NCBI GenBank assembly: GCA_036676665.1
Contig: JAKFCL010000092.1
Span: 6,521 to 70,520, forward strand
DNA: 64,000 nt
Source: Arenimonas sp.
GTDB lineage: Bacteria > Pseudomonadota > Gammaproteobacteria > Xanthomonadales > Xanthomonadaceae
Reading direction: 5' to 3'
The notes beneath the pieces are model-generated. The model saw nothing but the letters and a program-made list of their open reading frames with translations, was not told the origin of the DNA and ran no database searches. The position numbers and the translations under genes are program-made. Each line of letters opens with the position of its first letter. Position 1 is the stretch's first letter. Shown piece after piece: positions 49,259 to 57,849 of the stretch.

Positions 49259-49744
49259 ATGGCGAAGAAGTTGACGCATGTGGACGCGGCCGGCCGGCCG
49301 GCGATGGTCGACGTTTCCGGCAAACAGGCCGGCGCGCGCGAGGCGGTGGCCGAATGCCGGGTGCGTTTCCCTGCCGCGGTGGCCGGGGTGCTGCGCGCCC
49401 AGCGCATGGCGACGGCGAAGGGTGCGGTGGTGGACACCGCCATCATCGCCGGGACGATGGCGGTCAAGCGCACGCACGAACTGATCCCGTTCTGCCATCC
49501 GCTGCCGATCGACGGGTGCCGATTCGATGTCGGCTGGGTCGGCGAGTCGGTGCTGCGCATCGAATGCGGGGTCAAGACGACGCACCGCACCGGGGTCGAG
49601 ATGGAGGCGCTGACCGGCGCCACCGTCGCGGCGCTGACGGTGTACGACATGTGCAAGGCGCTGTCGCATGCGATCGTGCTCGGTCCGGCGAAACTTCTGG
49701 CCAAGCGCGGCGGTCGCCGCGACATCGGCACGGCGCGCGCATGA
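49259..49744 (+). CDS. moaC: Cyclic pyranopterin monophosphate synthase MoaC
   Basis: [30 protein letters not shown]. Confidence 0.95.
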   Translation: MAKKLTHVDAAGRPAMVDVSGKQAGAREAVAECRVRFPAAVAGVLRAQRMATAKGAVVDTAIIAGTMAVKRTHELIPFCHPLPIDGCRFDVGWVGESVLRIECGVKTTHRTGVEMEALTGATVAALTVYDMCKALSHAIVLGPAKLLAKRGGRRDIGTARA

Positions 49745-49977
49745 GCGTGACGGTCCTTTATTTCGCCAGCCTGCGCGACGCCGCCGGCTGCGAGCGCGAG
49801 CAGATGCCGGCGCCGGCGTCGCTGGCCGCGCTGTACGACGAACTGCGCGCGCGGCACGGTTTCCCGTTGCCGCGCGAGCGGCTGCGGGTGGCGCTCGACG
49901 GCGAGTTCGCCGCATGGGACTGCGTTCCCCGCGACGGCGCCGAGGTCGCCTTCATCCCGCCGGTGTCGGGCGGATGA
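49741..49977 (+). CDS. moaD: Molybdopterin synthase sulfur carrier MoaD
   Basis: YFASLRD...PPVSGG. Confidence 0.93.
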   Translation: MSVTVLYFASLRDAAGCEREQMPAPASLAALYDELRARHGFPLPRERLRVALDGEFAAWDCVPRDGAEVAFIPPVSGG

Positions 49978-50411
49978 GCCGGTTCGCGATCAGCCCGGAA
50001 CCGTTCGACCCGGCGCCGCTGCGGCAGGCGCTGCTGGCATCGGGGGCCGGCGCGTTCGCCTGTTTCGAAGGTTGGGTGCGCGACCACAACGATGGCCGCC
50101 CGGTGGGAGGCCTGCGTTACGAGGCGTACACGGTGCTCGCGGAAGCCGAAGGCGCCCGGATCCTCGACGAGGCGCGCGCGCGGTTCGCGATCGTCGATGC
50201 CGCCTGCGTGCACCGCACCGGCGAGCTTGCGCTGGGCGACCTGGCGGTGTGGGTCGGTGTCAGCGCCGCGCACCGGGGCCCCGCGTTCGACGCCTGCCGC
50301 TGGATCATCGACGAGGTGAAGTCCCGCGTCCCGATCTGGAAACACGAGCGCTATCTCGATGGCGACGTGAGCTGGCTCCACCCCGACCCGCAGACGCAGG
50401 CGCAGAAATAA
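49974..50411 (+). CDS. moaE: Molybdopterin synthase catalytic subunit MoaE
   Basis: FEGWVR, HRTGEL, SAAHR, VPIWKHE. Confidence 0.93.
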   Translation: MSRFAISPEPFDPAPLRQALLASGAGAFACFEGWVRDHNDGRPVGGLRYEAYTVLAEAEGARILDEARARFAIVDAACVHRTGELALGDLAVWVGVSAAHRGPAFDACRWIIDEVKSRVPIWKHERYLDGDVSWLHPDPQTQAQK

Positions 50412-50490
50412 TCGGGAGGGCAGACCGGGACCCGCGGTTCGCGCAGCGAATCGTGGGCGCCCATTCGGGCGCAGCCCGAAAGGGCGGGGC

Positions 50491-50598
50491 GGTAGCCCCG
50501 CCGGCTTGCCCCGGCACCCGCATCATCCAATACCGTTGCTGCCTTCCGGCCCTGGCGGAGTTTTCGGACTAGCGTCGCGGGGGGCCGACGGGGCCACC
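50491..50598 (-). ncRNA. ffs: Signal recognition particle 4.5S RNA
   Basis: Minus strand has CCAGGGCCGGAAGGCAGCA (domain IV) with paired ends GGTGGCCCCG/CGGGGCTACC. Near dnaX. Confidence 0.9.
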
Positions 50599-50646
50599 AT
50601 TGAACTGCTGGAACTGACGGCGCCGCGTCGCGCACCGCTTGAAGAA

Positions 50647-50739
50647 TGGCGGAGAGAGAGGGATTCGAACCCTCGATACGGGGTTTAGCCGTATACACAC
50701 TTTCCAGGCGTGCTCCTTCAACCGCTCGGACATCTCTCC
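50647..50739 (-). tRNA. tRNA-Ser(GGA)
   Basis: Minus-strand cloverleaf, loop CTGGAAA, long variable arm, CCA end. Confidence 0.95.
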
Positions 50740-50877
50740 GCAGAGATAACCGCCTGAAACGAGCCGGAAAGTGTACCGGCCGCGGGGCAGGGCCACAAGC
50801 GGGACGATCCGCGCTGGCCCGGGACCCGGGCGGTGGGCACAATGGCCCGGTCGGTTCCGGCCCGTTTCCGAGTCCCC

Positions 50878-52599
50878 ATGTCCTATCTCGTGCTCGCCCG
50901 CAAATGGCGCCCCCGGCGCTTCGCCGAACTGGTCGGCCAGGAGCATGTCGTGCGCGCGCTCACCAACGCGCTGGAGAGCGGCCGCGTGCACCACGCGTTC
51001 CTGTTCACCGGCACCCGCGGTGTCGGCAAGACCACGATCGCGCGCATCTTCGCCAAGTCGCTCAACTGCGAGCGCGGCACCGGCGCCGAGCCGTGCGGCG
51101 AGTGCCCCGCGTGCGTCGACATCGACGCCGGCCGCTACGTCGACCTGCTGGAAATCGACGCGGCCAGCCATACCGGCGTCGACAACGTCCGCGACCTGAT
51201 CGACAACGCCCAGTACATGCCGTCGCGCGGCCGCACCAAGGTCTACCTGATCGACGAAGTGCACATGCTGTCCAAGCCCGCGTTCAACGCGCTGCTCAAG
51301 ACGCTCGAGGAGCCGCCGGGGCACGTGAAATTCCTGCTGGCGACCACCGACCCGCAGAAGCTGCCGGTGACCGTGCTGTCGCGCTGCCTGCAGTTCAACC
51401 TGCGCCGGCTGGAGCAGGCTCAGATCGGCGGGCAGATCGGCCGGATCCTGGAGGCGGAGGGCATTGCCTCGGAACCCGGGGCGATCGACCTGCTGGCGCG
51501 GGCGGCCGACGGCAGCCTGCGCGACGGACTTTCGCTGCTGGACCAGGCTATCGCCTACACCGGCGGACAGCTCGGCGAAGCGGCGGTGACGACGATGCTC
51601 GGCACGGTCGACCGTTCGCAGGTCGGCGAGCTGCTCGAGGCGCTGGCGGCCGGCGACGGCGCCGCGCTGATGGCGCGGGTCGAGGAGCTGGCGTCGTTCT
51701 CGCCCGATTTCGGCCATGTGCTCGAGGACCTGGCGACCGCGCTGCACCAGGTGCAGCTGCAGCAGATGGTGCCGGGCCTCGCCGCCGCCGGTGGCCGCGT
51801 CGACGTCGTCGGCCTGGCTGCGCGGCTGTCGCCGGACGTCGTCCAGCTCTGGTACCAGATGGCGGTGACCGGCCGGCGCGACCTCGGCCTGGCGCCGAGC
51901 CCGCGCACCGGTTTCGAGATGAGCCTGCTGCGGATGCTGGCGTTCCGTCCGGTCGCGGCGGGCGCGGCGGTTTCCGCCGGCCCCGCCGTCGCGACGGCCT
52001 CGCCGACGCCGTCGCGCGGTTTCCCGGGCACGACCGCGGCGTCGACGTCGGCGCGGGTGGCCGCGCCCGAGCCGCAGGCGGTGCGCGCCGCACCCGAGGC
52101 GCGATCCGCGCCCGCCGCAACGTCCGCGCCGGTTGCCGTCGCGGCTCCGGCCGCGCCCGCGCCCGCCGCCGTCGCGGCACCGGCCGCGCCGCGCGACACC
52201 GTGACGCTGGCCAGCGCCGACGACTGGCTGGCGATGGTGTCGCGTGCCGGCCTCAAGGGCCCGGTGCGTGAACTGGCCGCGCACAGCGCCTTCTGCGGGC
52301 ACGCCGGCGGCGTGCTGCAGCTGTCGCTTCCCGACAGCTTCGACCACCTGCGCAGCGACGGCCTCGTGCGCCAGCTGGCGACTGCGCTCGCCGCCGAGCT
52401 CGGCGCGCCGCCGCAGATCCGCTTCGAATCGGCGCGCGCCGCCGCGTCCGAAACGCTGCATTCGCGCACCGAGCGCCAGCGTGGCGAACGCCAGGCCGGC
52501 GCCGAGCAGGCTTTCCTGGCCGACCCGGTGATCGCCCGTCTCGTGCAGCAGGGCGGTACCGTCGTCGCCGACTCCATCCGTCCGCTGGACGACCACTGA
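50878..52599 (+). CDS. dnaX: DNA polymerase III gamma/tau subunit
   Basis: MSYLVLARKWRP, GTRGVGKTT, DEVHML, SRC. Confidence 0.97.
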   Translation: MSYLVLARKWRPRRFAELVGQEHVVRALTNALESGRVHHAFLFTGTRGVGKTTIARIFAKSLNCERGTGAEPCGECPACVDIDAGRYVDLLEIDAASHTGVDNVRDLIDNAQYMPSRGRTKVYLIDEVHMLSKPAFNALLKTLEEPPGHVKFLLATTDPQKLPVTVLSRCLQFNLRRLEQAQIGGQIGRILEAEGIASEPGAIDLLARAADGSLRDGLSLLDQAIAYTGGQLGEAAVTTMLGTVDRSQVGELLEALAAGDGAALMARVEELASFSPDFGHVLEDLATALHQVQLQQMVPGLAAAGGRVDVVGLAARLSPDVVQLWYQMAVTGRRDLGLAPSPRTGFEMSLLRMLAFRPVAAGAAVSAGPAVATASPTPSRGFPGTTAASTSARVAAPEPQAVRAAPEARSAPAATSAPVAVAAPAAPAPAAVAAPAAPRDTVTLASADDWLAMVSRAGLKGPVRELAAHSAFCGHAGGVLQLSLPDSFDHLRSDGLVRQLATALAAELGAPPQIRFESARAAASETLHSRTERQRGERQAGAEQAFLADPVIARLVQQGGTVVADSIRPLDDH

Positions 52600-52615
52600 C
52601 CCGAGGAACCGCACC

Positions 52616-52936
52616 ATGCGTGGAAACATCGCCCAACTGATGCAGCAGGCCCAGCGCATGCAGGAGAACATGAAGCGCGCGCAGGAAGAACTCGCCACGG
52701 TCGAGGTCGTCGGCCAGTCCGGCGGCGGCATGGTGAAGATCACGATCACCGGCAAGATGGAATGCCGCAGCGTGCGCATCGATCCGTCGGTGCTCGCCGA
52801 CCCGGAAATGGCCGAGGACCTGATCGCCGCCGCGTTCAACGACGCCGTCAACAAGGCCAACGAGGAAGCCACCAAGCGCATGTCGGTGGCCACCGCTGGC
52901 ATGCCGGCCGGGATGAAGATCCCCGGCCTGTTCTGA
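52616..52936 (+). CDS. ybaB: YbaB/EbfC nucleoid-associated protein
   Basis: [23 protein letters not shown]. Between dnaX and recR. Confidence 0.93.
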   Translation: MRGNIAQLMQQAQRMQENMKRAQEELATVEVVGQSGGGMVKITITGKMECRSVRIDPSVLADPEMAEDLIAAAFNDAVNKANEEATKRMSVATAGMPAGMKIPGLF

Positions 52937-52952
52937 TCGCGGCGTACCGCCC

Positions 52953-53555
52953 GTGAGTTCGGCGCCCCTGCTCGAGCAGCTGATCGAGGCCCTGCGCTGC
53001 CTGCCGGGCGTCGGGCAGAAGTCGGCGCAGCGCATGGCCTACCAGCTGCTCGAGCGCGATCGCGAGGGCGGGCTGCGCCTCGCCGGCGCGCTGGCGGAGG
53101 CGATGGAGCGGGTCGGGCACTGCGGCGCGTGCCGCGACTTCAGCGAGGCGCCGATGTGCCCGATCTGCGCCAGCGGCTCGCGCGATCGTGCGCTGCTGTG
53201 CGCGATCGAATCGCCGGCCGACCGGCTCGCGATCGAGCAGGCCACCGGCTATCGCGGCCTGTATTTCGTGCTGCAGGGCCGGCTGTCGCCGCTGGACGGC
53301 ATCGGCCCGCGCGAACTGGGCCTGGACAAGCTGGCCGACCGCCTCGGCGAGGGCGAGGTGCGCGAGCTGATCATCGCCACCAACCCGACCGTCGAGGGCG
53401 AGGCCACCGCGCATTACCTGGCGCAACTGGCGCGCCAGGCCGGGGTGCGCCCGAGCCGGCTCGCGCACGGCGTGCCGCTCGGCGGCGAGCTGGAATACGT
53501 CGATCGCGGCACCCTCGCGCACGCCTTCGGCTCGCGCACCGAAATCACGTCCTGA
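52953..53555 (+). CDS. recR: Recombination protein RecR
   Basis: [12 protein letters not shown]4 Zn finger, [12 protein letters not shown]. Confidence 0.96.
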   Translation: MSSAPLLEQLIEALRCLPGVGQKSAQRMAYQLLERDREGGLRLAGALAEAMERVGHCGACRDFSEAPMCPICASGSRDRALLCAIESPADRLAIEQATGYRGLYFVLQGRLSPLDGIGPRELGLDKLADRLGEGEVRELIIATNPTVEGEATAHYLAQLARQAGVRPSRLAHGVPLGGELEYVDRGTLAHAFGSRTEITS

Positions 53556-53566
53556 GGAGCACCGCG

Positions 53567-53908
53567 ATGAGCACGCTGTTCGCCAAGATCATCCGCCGCG
53601 AGATTCCCGCCGACATCGTCTTCGAGGACGAGCACGTGCTCGCCTTCCGCGACATCAACCCGCAGGCACCGGTGCACGTGCTGTTCATCCCGAAGCAGGC
53701 GGTCGCCACGCTCAACGACCTCGGCGACGGCGGCGAGGTCGTGGTCGGGCGGCTGGCGATGGCCGCCGCGGCGTACGCGAAGCGCGAGGGTTTCGCCGAC
53801 GACGGCTACCGGGTGGTGATGAACTGCGGCCGCGACGGCGGCCAGAGCGTGTTCCACATCCATCTGCACCTTCTGGCCGGCCGGGCGATGCACTGGCCGC
53901 CGGGCTGA
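53567..53908 (+). CDS. hinT: Histidine triad nucleotide-binding protein
   Basis: FAKII, HIHLHLL, WPPG. Confidence 0.92.
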   Translation: MSTLFAKIIRREIPADIVFEDEHVLAFRDINPQAPVHVLFIPKQAVATLNDLGDGGEVVVGRLAMAAAAYAKREGFADDGYRVVMNCGRDGGQSVFHIHLHLLAGRAMHWPPG

Positions 53909-53927
53909 ACGTCCGCGACAGCCGGCG

Positions 53928-55880
53928 TCACCGGCGGGCCGGCCGGAATCCCCGCAATGCCTTCACCAGTTCCGCTTCCTCGGCGACTGTCAGTTCGCAC
54001 CCGCCATACCGCCATTCGACATAGCGGCTGCTGAGGTCGCGCACCACCGCCTCCTGCGCGGGCAGGGCGCGTGCCAGCCGTTCGCCGAAGGTGGCGGGGG
54101 GTTCGGCAGGCGCCTTGGCGTAGCCGGCGCGGCCGGCGCGGCGGGTGAAGGCGAACCACGCGCGGATCAACGGATCGTGCCGCGGCGGCCGGCCGCGCAT
54201 CTGCAGCCACAGCGTCAGCGCCAGCGCCAATCCGGCGCCGACCGCGAAGGCGGCACCGAGCTGGCCGGCCGTCGCCTTGTTGACGCCGAACGGTTCGAGC
54301 AGGCGGCCCTGCCGCTCGGCATCGAATCCCACCACCATCTCGTTCCAGTTGCGCCGCAACCAGTCGCCGAAATCCACCATCGGCGTGAACGTTTCGGGGA
54401 GCAGGGCCTCCTCCCGCGCCAGGTCGGCGACGGTGTCGAGCACCCGTTCGGGCGCGACCGCCGCCGTGGGGTCGACCCGGACCCAGCCGCGGCCGCGCAA
54501 CCAGACCTCGACCCAGGCGTGCGCATCCATTCGGCGCACGACCCAGTAACCGCCGTAGGGATTGCGGTACCCGGCGATGTAGCCGATCACCACACGTGCC
54601 GGCACGCCCGCCGCCCGCATCAGGTTCGCGAATGCCGAGCTGAAGTGCTGGCAGAACCCGACCCTGGAGTCGAAGAGGAATTCGTCGACCGGATGCCGAC
54701 CCGCAGGCGGCACGGTGAGGCTGTAGCTGAAGTCCTCGGCGATCCACGCCAGTCCCCGGCGGACGAGCGCGGCATCGTCGGCGCCGGCCTCGGCGCGCCA
54801 CTGCATCGCCAGTTCGCGCGTGCGCGGGTTGCGGTCGGCCGGCAGCCACAGCGCGCGCCTCGCCAGGACGGCGGGCAGGTCCACCTGGTGTCGCGCCGCC
54901 GGGTCGGAGCTGAGCGAATAGCGCCGCAGACTGGCCACCGGCAGGTCCGTCTGCACCGTCAGGTCGCCCAGCAGTTCGCTGCCCTCCGGTGCGGTCAGCG
55001 GCAGGTCGAGCGTCACCAGGTAGCGGCGATCGGTCGGCTCCAGCGTCACCTCGTAGCGGAAGGCGTCGCCGGCACGGTCGACATCCGGCTGGCCGCGCGG
55101 GATCTCGAGGCCGCCGCGGCTCCAGCCCTGGCCGTCGAAGTCCCACAACACGCGGGCACGCCAGTAGATGTCCTGGCGCCGCGGTTCCGCGCCGATGAAC
55201 TGCGCGCGCAGCACCGGGGCGTCGTCGGCGAACAGTTCGACCCATTCGTTCGGTCGCATGTCGTCGCCGAGGCCGCCGCGGCCCAGCGCGTTTTCCGGCG
55301 TGCCCCACAGCGGCGTCGCCAGCCGCGGAAACAGCCAGAATCCGGCGAGCGTGAGCGGCAGCGCCAGCGCCAGCGCGAAGGCGACGCCGCGCAGGCGGCC
55401 GGTGGCCGCCGCCGTGTCGCGACGGGGCAGGGTGGGGCGGTTCTCCGCCAGCGCCGACAGCGCCAGCATCAGCAGCACCACCGGCGGCAACGACAGCCCG
55501 AGCACCATCGGACCCTGGTCCTGCAGCAGCGCGGCGAACGGCGCGAACAGCGAGAAGCCGAGCAGGCTGTGCGCGTCCCGCAGCTTCTGCGTCTCGAACG
55601 GTTTGATCGCCAGCAGGGCCGCCAGGCCGGCGGTGCCAGTGTCGCGGCCGATCTGGAAATCGTGCATCACCAGGACGACGGCACCCAGCACCAGCATCAG
55701 CGAAACGCGCGCCGTCGCAGACCAGCGCAGCGTCGTCAGCATGCTCAGCAGGGCGACGCCGCCGATGCCCACGGCCAGCAACGGCTGCACCTGCGTCAAC
55801 AGCGGCAGCAGGCAGGCCGCGGCGGCGGCCATGCACCACTGGCGGACCTCCGGCGGCAGCGCTTCGAGCGGCTCAGCCAT
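53928..55880 (-). CDS. DUF3488/transglutaminase TgpA-family membrane protein
   Basis: N-terminal TMs, GFCQHF, AHAWVEV, VDPT catalytic triad. Confidence 0.88.
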   Translation of the reverse strand: MAEPLEALPPEVRQWCMAAAAACLLPLLTQVQPLLAVGIGGVALLSMLTTLRWSATARVSLMLVLGAVVLVMHDFQIGRDTGTAGLAALLAIKPFETQKLRDAHSLLGFSLFAPFAALLQDQGPMVLGLSLPPVVLLMLALSALAENRPTLPRRDTAAATGRLRGVAFALALALPLTLAGFWLFPRLATPLWGTPENALGRGGLGDDMRPNEWVELFADDAPVLRAQFIGAEPRRQDIYWRARVLWDFDGQGWSRGGLEIPRGQPDVDRAGDAFRYEVTLEPTDRRYLVTLDLPLTAPEGSELLGDLTVQTDLPVASLRRYSLSSDPAARHQVDLPAVLARRALWLPADRNPRTRELAMQWRAEAGADDAALVRRGLAWIAEDFSYSLTVPPAGRHPVDEFLFDSRVGFCQHFSSAFANLMRAAGVPARVVIGYIAGYRNPYGGYWVVRRMDAHAWVEVWLRGRGWVRVDPTAAVAPERVLDTVADLAREEALLPETFTPMVDFGDWLRRNWNEMVVGFDAERQGRLLEPFGVNKATAGQLGAAFAVGAGLALALTLWLQMRGRPPRHDPLIRAWFAFTRRAGRAGYAKAPAEPPATFGERLARALPAQEAVVRDLSSRYVEWRYGGCELTVAEEAELVKALRGFRPARR

Positions 55881-56850
55881 GGCGCTCGTCCGGCAACAAC
55901 GCCAGGGCACGCAGGCAGGCATGCTTGTGCTCGGCGCCGCGCCCGGGTCCGATCGTCTGCGCCGGCAGCCGCATGCGATAGCGGATCGCCTGGCGCTCGG
56001 CGTCCAGCACCCAGCGGGTCAACCGGCGGATCCGCGCCTCGTGCGGCAGCGCGCCGAGCCCGAACCAGTCCAGTTCGACCTCGCGGCTGGTGCTGGCTTC
56101 GTACTCGCGCACCAGCAGGCGGTCGGCGCGTGCCGACGCCTTCCAGGCGACCTGGCGCATCGCGTCGCCCTGGCGGTATTCGCGCAGGTGGTGCGGCTGG
56201 TCGCCCTGCTGGCGCGTGCGCGTGGACTGGCCGTCTCCACCGAGGTCGGGCAGCGGTATCGCCTCGGCCTCCGGGGCCGGATACACCAGCAGCGCGCGCT
56301 CCGGCAGCAGCCACGACCACGCGCGCGCCAGTCCGAACGGCCGCACCGTCGACAGCCCCAGTCGGCCCGGGTCGAACCAGCCGCGCCGCGACGTCGCCAC
56401 CGGCAGCCGCACCTCGCCGCGTTCTCCGGGCGCCAGGTCGAAATACACGGTGTCGTCGCCGCGCCGCAGTTCGAGCCCATCGCGGCGGCGGTTGCCGGTC
56501 GCCTCGAACGTCAGTCGCAGTTCCAGCGGCTGCCCCGCATGCACGGGCTCGGCATGCAGCGCCGCCAGGCGCAGTCCCGACAGCGTGAGGTGGGCCTGAA
56601 GCAGGCTGTTGTGGGCGACGGCGATGATCAGGAACGCCAGCAGCAGCGCCGGGTTGTTGTTGTAGTTCAGTCCGCCCAGGACCATCGTCACCAGCATCGC
56701 GCCGAGAAACAGACCGAAACCGGTCGGCAGGATGTAGACGCGGCGGCGGTCGATCGCGATCGGCAGCGGTTCGGGTTTCCGGGGCCGCACGACCGGCAGC
56801 CCGGCGAGGCGGTCGCTCCAGCGCTCGACGAGATCGCGCGGCCGCGCCAC
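55873..56850 (-). CDS. DUF58 domain protein
   Basis: YILPTGFG, LNYNNN, LREYRQGD...WKASAR. Confidence 0.88.
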   Translation of the reverse strand: MARPRDLVERWSDRLAGLPVVRPRKPEPLPIAIDRRRVYILPTGFGLFLGAMLVTMVLGGLNYNNNPALLLAFLIIAVAHNSLLQAHLTLSGLRLAALHAEPVHAGQPLELRLTFEATGNRRRDGLELRRGDDTVYFDLAPGERGEVRLPVATSRRGWFDPGRLGLSTVRPFGLARAWSWLLPERALLVYPAPEAEAIPLPDLGGDGQSTRTRQQGDQPHHLREYRQGDAMRQVAWKASARADRLLVREYEASTSREVELDWFGLGALPHEARIRRLTRWVLDAERQAIRYRMRLPAQTIGPGRGAEHKHACLRALALLPDERHG

Positions 56851-56855
56851 GCGGA

Positions 56856-57809
56856 TCAGTCCACCGCCACCGTGCGCAGGATCCGCTCGGCGAGCACGTC
56901 GCGACCCTCGGCCTCCGATTCCGGCACGAGCCGGTGCGCCGCGACCTGCGCGAACAGCGCCTGCACGTCCTCCGGCAGCACCGCCCGGCGGCCGTCGAGC
57001 AGCGCGTGCGCACGCGCCCCGCGCAGCAGCCCCAGGCCGGCACGCGGCGACAGCCCGACCTGCACGCCCGGATGCCGGCGGCTCTCCTGCAGCAGCGCCT
57101 GCACGTACGCGACCAGCGCCTCGCTCGCGTGCACCTTCTCGACCGCCGCGCGCAGCGCCAGCACCTCCTCGCCGGTCAGGCGCGGCATGCTCTGGGCGAT
57201 CAGGTCGCGGCGGTCCTCGCCGGCGAGCATTTCCCGCTCGGCGTCGGCATCGGGGTAACCCAGTTTCAGCCGCAGCAGGAACCGGTCCATCTGCGAATCG
57301 GGCAGCGGGAACGTGCCGGCCAGGTCGACCGGATTCTGCGTCGCCACGACGAAGAACGGCGACGGCAGCGAATGGCAGACGCCGTCGACCGTGACCTGGT
57401 GTTCGGCCATCGCCTCCAGCAGCGCGCTCTGCGTGCGCGGCGGCGCGCGGTTGATCTCGTCGGCGAGCAGCAGCTGGGTGAACACCGGCCCGGCGTGGAA
57501 GCGGAATTCGCGCGAGGTCTGGTCGAAGATCGAGATGCCGATGATGTCGGACGGCAGCAGGTCGGACGTGAACTGCAGGCGCTGGAAATCGAGCCCGAGG
57601 CTGGCCGCCATGGCCCGCGCCAGCGTCGTCTTGCCCAGGCCGGGCAGGTCCTCGATCAGCAGGTGGCCGCCGGCCAGCAGCGTGGTGAAAGCCAGCTTGA
57701 CCTCGCGCGGCTTGCCCAGCACCAGGCCGTTGACCTGGTCCACCGCATCGCCGAGGGACTGGTGCATGCGGTCGGTTACGATGGCGGCGTCGACGGCGTG
57801 GGCGTGCAT
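56856..57809 (-). CDS. MoxR-family AAA+ ATPase
   Basis: EDLPGLGKT, QFTSDLLPSD, DEINRA, ATQNP. Confidence 0.92.
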   Translation of the reverse strand: MHAHAVDAAIVTDRMHQSLGDAVDQVNGLVLGKPREVKLAFTTLLAGGHLLIEDLPGLGKTTLARAMAASLGLDFQRLQFTSDLLPSDIIGISIFDQTSREFRFHAGPVFTQLLLADEINRAPPRTQSALLEAMAEHQVTVDGVCHSLPSPFFVVATQNPVDLAGTFPLPDSQMDRFLLRLKLGYPDADAEREMLAGEDRRDLIAQSMPRLTGEEVLALRAAVEKVHASEALVAYVQALLQESRRHPGVQVGLSPRAGLGLLRGARAHALLDGRRAVLPEDVQALFAQVAAHRLVPESEAEGRDVLAERILRTVAVD

Positions 57810-57849
57810 GGAGTGCGTCCGGCAGAACGTTGCAGGGATGATGGCACGG

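Noticed and set aside
51950-52200. Programmed frameshift site in dnaX (gamma/tau)
   Set aside because: No A6G or long A-run slippery sequence, only an Ala/Pro-rich linker.
53928-57809. MoxR-DUF58-transglutaminase trio as a novel system
   Set aside because: A widespread, already described gene arrangement.
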